From Nostoc punctiforme PCC 73102 (GTDB lineage: Bacteria; Cyanobacteriota; Cyanobacteriia; Cyanobacteriales; Nostocaceae), in assembly GCF_000020025.1 (NCBI RefSeq), contig NC_010628.1, positions 1,200,001 through 1,232,000 of the forward strand: a DNA stretch of 32,000 nt. The letters are read 5' to 3'. The notes under the pieces were generated by a model. That model had not been told where the DNA came from and ran no database searches. It saw only the letters and a list, made by a program, of their open reading frames with translations. Below, in pieces: positions 1 to 9,209 of this stretch. The stretch's first letter is position 1. Each line of letters starts with the position of its first letter. The position numbers were made by a program, and so were the translations under genes.

Positions 1-411
1 TAATTGCTTGGCTTTTTCAACATTCTTCAAAAAATCAGCTTTTTTGGTTTGTAGTTGCTGTGAATTTTCTAATACAGCAACTAGATTAGAGCTATGTAAT
101 TGCGCCCCTACTACTGCATCTCTATAATTACTCAGTAGTTGTCCTTGTTCATAAGCTTGATTGAATTGTCTTACTTCCCTGCCCCGGTAGTAGTTGGCAA
201 TCACTAACCCAGTTAGCGCTCCAAAAAAGCCAATTCCGATAGCTACAAAGTACCCATAGCCAATTTTTTGATGGATGCGCCAAGAACTCGCTTTGAGTTT
301 CCCTCGTGAGGGAAATTCTATGGTCGGTAGTTCGTCTGTCGATGGCTCTTCGGCTGACACTTTTTTGCTTTCTGAACTGCTATCGATAAGGGTTGGCTTT
401 TGAGTTGGCAT
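1..411 (-). CDS. Partial CDS (5' part only, continues past window start): membrane-anchored protein whose N-terminus resembles cyanobacterial sensory/signal-transduction proteins
   Basis: Own translation of the minus strand. ATG at 409-411 with GGAGG (rc of 420-424) 8 nt upstream. MPTQKPTLIDSSSESKK...SWRIHQKIGYGYFVAIGIGFFGALTGLVIANYYRGREVRQFNQAYEQGQLL... stays open to position 1 (137 codons) and has one clear TM helix. It is absent from the ORF track because it is truncated. The function is a guess. Confidence 0.55.
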   Translation of the reverse strand, partial: MPTQKPTLIDSSSESKKVSAEEPSTDELPTIEFPSRGKLKASSWRIHQKIGYGYFVAIGIGFFGALTGLVIANYYRGREVRQFNQAYEQGQLLSNYRDAVVGAQLHSSNLVAVLENSQQLQTKKADFLKNVEKAKQL

Positions 412-1348
412 TTCTCAAACCTCCTTGCCTTCCCGCAAAAATTACCAAATCAGTTTAGCTTGTACAAACAGTTTAATTGGTTATTAACATTTACATTATC
501 TTCTTTTATAGCAATAGCAAATCATTGCTTAGTAGATAATTCGCATAACCTCATATCCTATGAGTTACTTTGATAGCAATGTTGCTAAGTACACTTACTG
601 AGGACTAACCGAATTCACTTTTTTCAAAAGTAACAAATAATTTCCCGAATTAAAGACCTGTCTGAAACTGTCTTCTCCTTACCACAATACTTTCCTCAAT
701 ATACAGCTGAGCTGATAGCAATTAGTTCTTGCCATCAGGTAAGCCACTAGTCTACCTTACTGCTTCCTTATAAAATTAATACAATCAGGAAAAAAACAAA
801 AGGTTTGATTATGGGGCATGGGGCATTAGGTTATTTCTGCCTCATCCCCAATTACCAGCACGCCTATCATAAAATAGGTTGAAAGTCTAGTCGATGTGAA
901 TACACAAAAACTTTTATTACGTATTAATATCAATACGAATGCATTAATTGACGAACCCGGCTTAAGATAGCTTTAATATTGGCTAAAATCGGCTTTTAGG
1001 CTTATATAAATGAGAGGTGGGCTGATTTTGCCTGATTTGTACTTAGATTTAGTACGATTATGAACAAATGACACGGAATGGGATAATCACAACCAGAGGA
1101 TTCCAGTTGATTTAGAAAAGAACTCAGGAGGACGATTATAATACATCCTGCTCCCTTCTAAATTCTATCCTCCTACTGACTGTCTACCTTGTAGTTGATG
1201 CAGTAGATATTACGGGGCAATTATAGTTAAAGGGCACTAAAACCCTTTTGTGTCCTTTAACCAATTGTACTGATGCACTTGTGCATTACCTAACCAACAA
1301 CCTTTTGGTTGCAATTATCCAGATTAGAAAAACTCAACTGTCAAATTA

Positions 1349-1795
1349 ATGGGAGTGAAAATGCCAGAACAAGATTTTACTGAAACCGCATCTAAAGAGA
1401 CTACAGTGGCAGAGATCAACACCCAAACGGGAACCATCACAAAAGTCCAGCCTCCCGCACAGTCTCAAGATGAATGGCTAAAATACGGGGAGCAAGTTTC
1501 TACATTTTTAGCAACATTGCCAGAATATGTGGGAGGCTTCTTTAATGAATATAAGCAACCTCTGGTAACAGTTGGTTTAATTGTGGGATCAATTGTTGGT
1601 GTCAAAGTACTCTTGGCAATATTAGATGCTTTGAATGATATCCCTTTAGTAGCGCCTACTTTTGAGTTGATAGGGATTGGTTACTCTGCCTGGTTTGTTT
1701 ACCGCTATTTACTCAAAGCCTCAACTAGGAAAGAGTTAACTAGTGAAATCACCACTCTGAAATCACAAGTGGTTGGTAAAATTCCAGAAGCTTGA
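1349..1795 (+). CDS. CAAD/CURT1-family thylakoid membrane protein (CurT-like)
   Basis: 148-aa ORF. Two adjacent hydrophobic helices (LVTVGLIVGSIVGVKVLLAIL and FELIGIGYSAWFVYRYLL) are followed by a short amphipathic tail, as in the cyanobacterial CAAD/CURT1 domain. The second ATG at 1361 has GGGAG (1351-1355) 5 nt upstream, so the true start may be 1361. Confidence 0.75.
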   Translation: MGVKMPEQDFTETASKETTVAEINTQTGTITKVQPPAQSQDEWLKYGEQVSTFLATLPEYVGGFFNEYKQPLVTVGLIVGSIVGVKVLLAILDALNDIPLVAPTFELIGIGYSAWFVYRYLLKASTRKELTSEITTLKSQVVGKIPEA

Positions 1796-2023
1796 TATCT
1801 AAATATCGCTTATCCTGCAAAGAGTTTACGCAAATACTCTAATTCAAAATCACCCTCTGTGTCTGATCTAAGGAAGCCTTAGATCAGACTTTTCTCAAAA
1901 TCAAAAATTTTTGAATTTCTAATTGTGAATTTGCTGCAATAGGTTGGCCAAGAAGCAGAGGAATAAAGGATCGTTAAGAATCTTTCTCCTCTGCTTCTTT
2001 GTTGAACACTTTCTCTAACAAAC

Positions 2024-3160
2024 TCACCGAGACGAGCCTCCTGGAGACAATTTAACCTTGGGAGTGCGCGAAGTTTCTGGAGATGCACTGGGCAATCGTA
2101 CTATACTCGGAGATGAAATTGCCTCCAACTTGCCCCGTTTTACTAAAGCTTGATGAATCATCGCCGCCACTTCAGCCCGACTAGCTATTTTGTTGGGAGC
2201 AAGAATTTGTGGGTTTGGATAGTTAACTACCAGACCATTGGTTGTAGCAGCAGCTATTTTGCTAATAGCATAAGGTGGAATATCTTTAGCATCTTTATAT
2301 ACACTTAAAATCTGATTTGGCGAAGTGGATGCTTTCAAATTCAATCCACTAACAAGGGCAACCAAAACTTGCACTCGTGAAATATTTTGTTGTGGTTTGA
2401 AGGTTTTTTTCGGGTAGCCTTTGAGAAATCCGGCACTGATGGCTTGGTCAATTGCTGGAGTTGCCCAGAATTTTGTTGGTACATCTTCAAATGCGATCGC
2501 AGTCTTAGACAGTTCTTGGTCAAAGGCTTTTTGAACAATCGCAGCAAATTCGGCGCGGTTTACAGGCTGATTTGGTCTAAAAGAATAATCAGGAAACCCT
2601 TTGAGAATACTACGAGAAGAAAGAACATCTATAAAACGCCGACCCCAGAAGTTATTGGGCACATCGTTAAATGCAATTGGCGGCGGAATAATAGATTTTT
2701 GCTTTGCTGGAGTTATTAAAGGCAGCGCTGATGATTTAATTGATGAATCAAGTACTGCTGAAGAGGGTAAAGGTGTTTGTAGTTGTGGGGGTTGAGTTGG
2801 GATTACCTGAGCAGATGGTAACACTGCACGGGAAGGAGCGGCGCTGTTAGTTACCAATGAGGGTGTTTTGGGTTCAACAACAGCCTCCGGTGGAGGATAG
2901 GGTAAAACTGTCTTAGGGACTACATTTGGTTCTACCTTGGGATTAAGCGAGGGCAATACTTGATTTGGTTGAACACTAGGCAAAGGAGTGGAAGAAGCCG
3001 ACAGCAACCCGTTGAAGTTCCAGCTAGAATCCCTGCGGGACAATGACCAAAAAAGAATTGCTCCGATAGTGGTGAAGGCAACCAAAATGGCTATAAATTC
3101 ATCAAAGCCAAGGGCAGTTTTTGGGGATGACTCCGGTTCGGAAGGAGGTCTATTTGTCAT
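2024..3160 (-). CDS. S-layer homology (SLH) domain protein with N-terminal TM segment and Pro-rich linker
   Basis: 378-aa ORF. It has an N-terminal hydrophobic helix (FIAILVAFTTIGAILFW) and a long P/S/V-rich spacer. Three SLH-like repeats follow (FNDVPNNFWGRRFIDVL...GFPDYSFRPNQPVNRAEFAAIV; FEDVPTKFWATPAIDQA...GYPKKTFKPQQNISRVQ; YKDAKDIPPYAISKIAAA...). Confidence 0.8.
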   Translation of the reverse strand: MTNRPPSEPESSPKTALGFDEFIAILVAFTTIGAILFWSLSRRDSSWNFNGLLSASSTPLPSVQPNQVLPSLNPKVEPNVVPKTVLPYPPPEAVVEPKTPSLVTNSAAPSRAVLPSAQVIPTQPPQLQTPLPSSAVLDSSIKSSALPLITPAKQKSIIPPPIAFNDVPNNFWGRRFIDVLSSRSILKGFPDYSFRPNQPVNRAEFAAIVQKAFDQELSKTAIAFEDVPTKFWATPAIDQAISAGFLKGYPKKTFKPQQNISRVQVLVALVSGLNLKASTSPNQILSVYKDAKDIPPYAISKIAAATTNGLVVNYPNPQILAPNKIASRAEVAAMIHQALVKRGKLEAISSPSIVRLPSASPETSRTPKVKLSPGGSSR

Positions 3161-3291
3161 CGTGATTACCCTGGTAGCAGTAAAATTTGTGTCTAAACAA
3201 ATTAAGCCACAGATGACTCTTTTACACCAGCCCTTTTTAATTCGTGATTCGTAGTAAAATATCAGGCTTCTGGTTCAATGCCGAGCGATGT

Positions 3292-4083
3292 CTAGCGACA
3301 AGCCACTTCGTGTCTACGCAATTGAGCAGTTAGGCGATCGGCTCTTTGACGTTCCTGTTCTGCTCTTTGAGATTCCTGTTCGGCTCTTTCATCGCCATTC
3401 AACAACAAATTACCTTGTAAATCCCACCAACGCAGCCAGGGTAATTCCACATTCTGATAAACTCCCTGCCATAAGCCTAATTCAACACCCAAAGGAACGA
3501 TGGGATAATGTCCTCGTTCATTTGCTGATAAAATCTGATACTGTCCTTCAATCAGATGATAAACTTCTAGGTTGGCTTTACTCGCTTCATAAATGCCGTA
3601 GAAGGGAGGACGAATGACTTGCTCATAAATCCAAAATTTACCCTTCAAAGGAGTTTTATCCCGTTCTTCACTACCGTCCCCAGAGACAAATTCTAAAACA
3701 ATCAACGGGGCAATAAACTCTCGCCACAACACATAACAACGTCGCGTTTGCCCATTGAGCAAAAATGGTACATTCGGTACATAAAACCAATCTGGTGCTT
3801 CTGCGCCTTTTTCCGGGGGATCGGTTAAGCGCCAGTAAATGCTTAAGTCTTGCCCTATACAGTATTCACCTTCAGGATTTAATTGTTTAAGGATAGGTGT
3901 AATAGAGTCAGTTAGTAGGATGCTTTGGGGGTGCTCTTGCCAATTTTTCACGCCAGTTCGCACAACGGGGGGAACCCCCGCAAGCGACTGGCTTACAAAC
4001 GTACCATCGGACTCAGGAAGTTGAGTATGATCCGCGAAGGGGAAAGGGGTGAGGGCAGTGGATGGATTGGTTGCAGAGGTCAT
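3292..4083 (-). CDS. Uma2-family (DUF820) restriction-endonuclease-like protein carrying an in-frame 15-codon repeat insertion
   Basis: 263-aa ORF with the typical cyanobacterial Uma2 pattern: QLPESDGTFV...KNWQEHPQSILLTDSI...CIGQDLSIYW...PDWFYVPNV...LEFVSGDGSEE, and an ERAEQE-rich C-terminal tail. See the finding on 3949-3993. Confidence 0.8.
   Translation of the reverse strand: MTSATNPSTALTPFPFADHTQLPESDGTFVSQSLAGVPPVVRTGVKNWQEHPQSILLTDSITPILKQLNPEGEYCIGQDLSIYWRLTDPPEKGAEAPDWFYVPNVPFLLNGQTRRCYVLWREFIAPLIVLEFVSGDGSEERDKTPLKGKFWIYEQVIRPPFYGIYEASKANLEVYHLIEGQYQILSANERGHYPIVPLGVELGLWQGVYQNVELPWLRWWDLQGNLLLNGDERAEQESQRAEQERQRADRLTAQLRRHEVACR
3949..3993. repeat. Hairpin-type small dispersed repeat, copy 1 (inside the Uma2 CDS)
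   Basis: gccagttcgcacaacggggggaacccccgcaagcgactggc (3952-3992). The outer stem is gccagt(t)cgc/gcgactggc and the inner stem is gggggg/ccccc. It has the same length and ends as the copy at 19168-19208. Confidence 0.6.
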
Positions 4084-4128
4084 AATGCTACCTTTGCACT
4101 TTTTGTAAAGGTTGTTTTTAGTTTAGCT

Positions 4129-4144
4129 TGCGTAGGCGTAGCCC
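4129..4144 (-). repeat. Dispersed repeat, 16-nt core GGGCTACGCCTACGCA (copy 1, reverse orientation)
   Basis: tgcgtaggcgtagccc at 4129-4144. The flank (rc) agcgatgtctacgac resembles the flank of copy 3 (agcgatgcctgcggt). Confidence 0.6.
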
Positions 4145-4388
4145 GTCGTAGACATCGCTCTCTAAATATTCACCACCAAGATTTTGAAGAAGGAGGAGGC
4201 AGTTTTTCTCTAAATTGCTTTCATTAATAAATCGCACGCCAATTACTTCTAGTCACCTGAGAACAATTTTCACCCTGCTATACTACTAGTCTTATTAAAT
4301 ACCTAAACCAAAACCGGATTTTGAGGGTGGCAGAATGTAAGATATTAACTTATTGTTTACCCAATCTTTGTAAAAATCAGGGTGTCTA

Positions 4389-5747
4389 GTGTCAGAAGAA
4401 TTTAGTTGCCAAATCTCACCGCCATTTTTGTCTCTTGGTAGCGATCGCGATCTGGATTTAGATTCAACCCTCCAAGAACTTTCAATGTACAACTTCCCAG
4501 TAGAAATCAATCACACTGGTATGGAAGTGGCTAATTTTTTAGAAAAATACCCCCTGCTACCAGGAGTAATTTTGGTAGAACAGGGAAGGTTCTTTGGGAT
4601 GATTTCGCGGCGGCGGCTGCTGGAATTTTTGATTCGTCCTTATGGACAAGAGTTGTTGGTTCAGCAACCATTAGCCGTTCTCTACAGCTATGCGCGGATA
4701 CCGATGTTGCTGCTTGCTGATACAACGTCGATTTTAACAGCGATGCAACTTAGCTTAAAGCGATCGCCAGAATTATTAGCAGAACCAATTGTAGTACAAA
4801 CAGAATCTGGTGCTTATAGATTGTTAGATGTCCAAGAATTGAATATTATTTCTTGGCAAATTCGAGGAATCGACAATCTGGTGCGCTATGAGCGCAGCCA
4901 AGCTCAAATGATTCAAAATGATAAAATGGCAAATCTGGGACGTTTGGTAGACGGCGTAGCGCACGAAATTTTAGACCCAGTGGGTTTTATTTGGGGAAAT
5001 ATAACTTATGTTTCCACCTACAGCCAAGATTTACTCAAGCTAATAGCTGCTTACGATCAAGAGTTACCATCAGTTTCTCAGGCAATTAATCTTCTTAAAG
5101 AAGATATTGAATTTGATTTTTTAGAACAAGATTTATCGCGATCGCTTGCTAGTATCCGTACTGGCGCGGAAAGATTAAAAAAGCTTGTTACTAGTTTACA
5201 AAATTTTTGTCATATCGATGAACTTTATCCAAAACCAGTAGATTTACACGCTAGTATAGATACTATTATTTTATTAATTAATAGCCGTCTTCAAGGAGAA
5301 ATTGAAATAGTCAAATACTACGGTCAGCTACCCCCAGTTTATTGCTTTATAGGGCAGCTAAACCAGGTTTTGATGAATATTTTCAGCGAAGTTGTAGATA
5401 TTTTACTCAATGAAGCGGTTAGGCAACAGTTGCATTTAGAAGAGACAAAGGCTGTTCAAAAACCTCGAATTGAGATTACTACAAAAGTAATTTCGCAAGA
5501 AGCAAGCAACCCAAATGCACCAGATTCCCGTTGGGTATTAATTCGCATTGCTGACAATGGTCCTGGAATTTCTCAAGAATTGCAACAGCAAATTATAGAG
5601 TCTTTTTCTCTGGAAACAAAGAATAGTAAAAATACTAGTTTAGCAGTAAGTTATCGAATCATAACTGTGAGGCACGGAGGTAAATTAAATTTCAATTCAC
5701 AGATTGGTATAGGTACAAAATTTGAAATTCTATTACCTCTGCTGTAG
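4389..5747 (+). CDS. Sensor histidine kinase (HisKA + HATPase_c) with an uncharacterised N-terminal domain
   Basis: 452-aa ORF with a GTG start in the track. H-box LVDGVAHEILDPVGFIWGN, N-box-like LNQVLMNIFSEVVD, G-boxes IADNGPGIS and GIGTKFEILLP. The start codon is uncertain, with internal ATG alternatives such as MYNFPVE. Confidence 0.8.
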   Translation: MSEEFSCQISPPFLSLGSDRDLDLDSTLQELSMYNFPVEINHTGMEVANFLEKYPLLPGVILVEQGRFFGMISRRRLLEFLIRPYGQELLVQQPLAVLYSYARIPMLLLADTTSILTAMQLSLKRSPELLAEPIVVQTESGAYRLLDVQELNIISWQIRGIDNLVRYERSQAQMIQNDKMANLGRLVDGVAHEILDPVGFIWGNITYVSTYSQDLLKLIAAYDQELPSVSQAINLLKEDIEFDFLEQDLSRSLASIRTGAERLKKLVTSLQNFCHIDELYPKPVDLHASIDTIILLINSRLQGEIEIVKYYGQLPPVYCFIGQLNQVLMNIFSEVVDILLNEAVRQQLHLEETKAVQKPRIEITTKVISQEASNPNAPDSRWVLIRIADNGPGISQELQQQIIESFSLETKNSKNTSLAVSYRIITVRHGGKLNFNSQIGIGTKFEILLPLL

Positions 5748-6123
5748 CAATCTATATTTAGAAAAATGTTATACATATTAACAAATTTTCTTAATAAACG
5801 ATTACTCAAATGCTTGTTTTTAAATTAGCGCAAACCATGTTTAAATTACTCTTTTAAAGTTTAAGATACAAAGAGTTAAATAGTATTTTAGGCTTCCCAC
5901 TCATCCAAAATAAATCTCGGTCAGAGCATTGCTAAAATCTCATAAATATGTTTTATTTATCCTACCTATTTATAAACCACTACACTTGGTATTGATTATA
6001 TAACCCCACTTAAAAAGCTTGTTTAATTCTCTACTTTTTAAGGAGGGTTCGTGAGGATCAAGCCTTAACCCAAGAGTATTTCTGGAGTTTTAATCCTCAT
6101 CTATATTCATTCCACCCTACATT

Positions 6124-7635
6124 TCAATTTATATGCAATAAATTTTCGCCACGTTTGTAAATTTCACGTGCATGATCAGTCCAAGCACCTTGTCCCCAAT
6201 AACGAAAGCAACTGGTTTGCAGCAGAAGGTTGTGTAGTAGAAGGTTACGATAGTGAGATTGTCTAGTAATAGGTTCTGTTGAATCAGTTTGCTGTAATTG
6301 ATCAAACTTTTGATGGAATGAACTACTTAATTGATACATAGGAGACAACACATTTTCATATCCTTTGACCCAACTGATATGATTTGTCCATGAGGCTCCA
6401 TCCAGATGAAAATTAGAGTTTATTTGCTTCAATTCTTGAATCGCATTTTCTACAGCTTCAGGTTGGCAATTATCTGGTGAAACTCGCTCCCAAATCTGAT
6501 GTTGTCCCACTGGCTGACAAGCTGGATAGTTTTCAGGTTTACATCCAGCAGCTTCGATTAATTCTAAATATTCTGTACCACACATTCCAACAACACCAGA
6601 TTTTCCTCCGCCGTTATTGACCATATCCCACCAAGCTTGTTTAAAAGCACTAGGGAATTCATTCATCATCACACCGCCATTTTCACCATCTCCAATTTGG
6701 CTAACTATTGGTGGCACAAAAACACTGCCAATTTGTTGTTTGGATAAGGTTTTGGCTTCATAATAAGGCTGCATTTGTGCGACTAATTTTGTATCCGAAC
6801 CTTGGGTTTTAATTAAGGCTGTGATGCTAATTGTTTCGCCTTGAGAATTGCGGGCAATCAGACGATGTGGTAAATGTCTGTGGGTGAGAGATTGACCAGT
6901 AAGAGTTTCTACAGAATGTTCTTGAACGAGTAGCCAGCGATATCCACACTCTTTCAGCGCTTTCACAAATTCAAAGAGAGCATCAGGGTGATTTGGTAGG
7001 TGCATTTCTGGGGGCGAAAATCCTTTGACTCGCGCTAGTGCTTCCCAGCCAAAAATTGCCGCAAAGTGATGTTGCCATGCAATGATATGCAATTTAATAT
7101 CTGCTATGGGTGTGGAAGGAATAACTGCATGACCCCACATTGTACCCAGCCATTCTACATAAGGTTGATAGTTGCGATCGCAAGTGATCCGTTTGAGGTT
7201 ATCGAGAACATCACCGCGTCCCATTTGCCGCAATCCCCACAAAAGATTACCTGAGTAATCTAACATCACACGGGGATTGCAACCTTGACTTACAAGTTCG
7301 GGGATCAAGTCTCCCATCCGGCTGTAACAATATGCAAAAGGATCTGCATTGTGGTTATCCCCTTCATGAGGATGTTCAAACATATATTGCAGATTGCTGA
7401 TCAGTGTACCGCCATTCCCAGCAGGTATAGTTGGCTGGTGCATGTGTAAAGCGATCGCAAATACAGCATTTACGTCTTCTAGCCGGATATTTGTTGTTGG
7501 TAAAAATACTGGTTGATCGTGGTTAACTACAGAGAGAACCTCTGTTTCCCAACCAGAAATATTCGGCAAGCCATCAATGATTTCGGGCAAACTGCTGAGA
7601 GTAGTAGGGAAGGAAAGCATTTCTGGTTGCTCCAA
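6124..7635 (-). CDS. Glycoside hydrolase family 57-like protein
   Basis: 503-aa ORF. It has the N-terminal AIALHMHQP motif typical of GH57 (H-x-HQP), and its size and composition fit cyanobacterial GH57 proteins. The family assignment is from motif memory only. Confidence 0.65.
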   Translation of the reverse strand: MEQPEMLSFPTTLSSLPEIIDGLPNISGWETEVLSVVNHDQPVFLPTTNIRLEDVNAVFAIALHMHQPTIPAGNGGTLISNLQYMFEHPHEGDNHNADPFAYCYSRMGDLIPELVSQGCNPRVMLDYSGNLLWGLRQMGRGDVLDNLKRITCDRNYQPYVEWLGTMWGHAVIPSTPIADIKLHIIAWQHHFAAIFGWEALARVKGFSPPEMHLPNHPDALFEFVKALKECGYRWLLVQEHSVETLTGQSLTHRHLPHRLIARNSQGETISITALIKTQGSDTKLVAQMQPYYEAKTLSKQQIGSVFVPPIVSQIGDGENGGVMMNEFPSAFKQAWWDMVNNGGGKSGVVGMCGTEYLELIEAAGCKPENYPACQPVGQHQIWERVSPDNCQPEAVENAIQELKQINSNFHLDGASWTNHISWVKGYENVLSPMYQLSSSFHQKFDQLQQTDSTEPITRQSHYRNLLLHNLLLQTSCFRYWGQGAWTDHAREIYKRGENLLHIN

Positions 7636-7697
7636 TATGAGTTATATCTAGAAAACTTGCGTTTGTATTTAATAATACTTAACTCAGCGTATATACA

Positions 7698-8276
7698 ATG
7701 AATACTCCAAGTCACGCTATTCTCAACTTGCTGATTTTCAATCAACAATTGCGAACTCAGGCAAGTCCGGCAATTATCATCGGCGCAGTCTTACCAGATA
7801 TTCCCATCTTTGTGTTCTACTTTTTAATGAAGTTTGTTTACCATCTGCCGACACGCCAGATTTGGTCAGAAGGCTATTATCAACCTTTTTGGCAAGCTAT
7901 TGTCAGCACATTTCATTCAATTCCACTAGCGCTGCTTGGAATATTGATTGCCCATATCTGGAGTTGGCGATTGATTGAAGTTGGCTTCGTCAGTATGGTG
8001 CTACATTCTCTTTTAGATTTACCAGTCCATAACAACGACGCTCACCGACACTTTTTTCCCTTTAGTAATTACCGTTTTATCAGCCCTGTTTCTTATTGGG
8101 ACTCAAATCATTATGGCGCGATTGCAGCTTTGGTAGAAATCCTCTTAGTTCTAGGGACAACTATTTATCTATTTCCTTCCACACGAACCTACTGGGGTAA
8201 AGGACTGCTAATTGCAGTCAATCTGTTTGATACGATCGGGTATTTCCGTTTTTACCTTTCAACTAAAGGCAATTGA
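7698..8276 (+). CDS. Polytopic membrane protein, possibly a membrane-bound metal-dependent hydrolase (His-rich motifs)
   Basis: 192-aa ORF with 4-5 hydrophobic helices and conserved-looking His clusters (PSHAILN, HSLLDLPVHNNDAHRHFFPF). The function is tentative. Confidence 0.55.
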   Translation: MNTPSHAILNLLIFNQQLRTQASPAIIIGAVLPDIPIFVFYFLMKFVYHLPTRQIWSEGYYQPFWQAIVSTFHSIPLALLGILIAHIWSWRLIEVGFVSMVLHSLLDLPVHNNDAHRHFFPFSNYRFISPVSYWDSNHYGAIAALVEILLVLGTTIYLFPSTRTYWGKGLLIAVNLFDTIGYFRFYLSTKGN

Positions 8277-8336
8277 CCCCAGTAGGATAAGCGATGCACT
8301 AAAAAATTTAGGACTTATGTGCAGACACGCGAGAAA

Positions 8337-9209
8337 TCATGTTCTTGACAAGAACAAATCACCGAAACGATGGATTCTGTTTAAAAAATTCAGTTTCGGG
8401 ATCAGCTTGTTGAGTCTTTCAGCAGGTTGTTGTTTTCTTGGCACTGGTGGAGTTGCGATTCGTAAAATTAGCTCTAATAACCAAGGGGCAAGGCGTTGAC
8501 ACAATACAGCTAAATGACTCTGCCAGCCGACTAAAATTTCTGGTGAATCATTCTGCATTCCGGCGACGAGTGCTTTGGCTACTTGCTGCGGAGTCATGGG
8601 GATCACCCAGCGAAATAATTTTAAGTCGCGCACCATGTCTGTGTCTGTGAGGGAAGGCAGTAATGCAATCACTCGGATATTGTGTTCAGCTAGTTCGCGG
8701 CGCAAGGCTTGGGTAAATCCTAAGATGGCAAACTTGGTAGCTGAGTAAGTCGCCATTGTCGGTGCAGCCACCTTCCCCATCAGACTCGAGACATTGACGA
8801 TTGTCCCTTGCCTTTGGCTGACCATACGTCGAGCTATCAGACTCGTGAGGTTGTACATCCCTAACAAGTTCACAGAGAGTTCTTCTTGAACTTGAGGCAT
8901 CTTAGATTGCAAAAACGAACTTTGGTATGCGACTCCCGCACAATTAACCAGCAGGTGAATCTGCCCGAAATTGCGCCACAGTTGGGCAACAGCGATATTT
9001 ACTTCAATAGTCTGAGTCAAATCTAATGGCACGATCGCAGTTTCGGTTCCCATCGCCTCTATTTCGTTAGCTACCTCGACTAACTTTTGGCGATCCCGTG
9101 CTACCAATATCAGTCGCTTGATGCCGACTTGCGCTAGTTCGAGAGCGATCGCTCGTCCAATCCCACGCGAAGCCCCTGTAATCAGAGCAACTTTACCTTG
9201 AATCTCCAT
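8337..9209 (-). CDS. SDR-family oxidoreductase (short-chain dehydrogenase/reductase)
   Basis: Cofactor motif TGASRGIGRAIA and catalytic YSATKFAILG (YxxxK). I place the start at ATG 9207-9209 (MEIQGKVALITG...) with GGAGGA 7 nt upstream. The track start at 9269 adds 20 unlikely residues. Confidence 0.85.
   Translation of the reverse strand: MEIQGKVALITGASRGIGRAIALELAQVGIKRLILVARDRQKLVEVANEIEAMGTETAIVPLDLTQTIEVNIAVAQLWRNFGQIHLLVNCAGVAYQSSFLQSKMPQVQEELSVNLLGMYNLTSLIARRMVSQRQGTIVNVSSLMGKVAAPTMATYSATKFAILGFTQALRRELAEHNIRVIALLPSLTDTDMVRDLKLFRWVIPMTPQQVAKALVAGMQNDSPEILVGWQSHLAVLCQRLAPWLLELILRIATPPVPRKQQPAERLNKLIPKLNFLNRIHRFGDLFLSRT

Noticed and set aside
2341-4227. Several 60-110-aa ORFs overlap the SLH and Uma2 genes (2341-2547, 2387-2719, 2601-2795, 2988-3254, 3288-3617, 3839-4024, 3925-4227). 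Similar shadow ORFs lie inside psbA, GH57, GH13, the PhoD-like gene, CHAT, nifH and others.
   Set aside because: They lie antisense to, or out of frame within, longer ORFs that carry clear family signatures. They are typical shadow ORFs.
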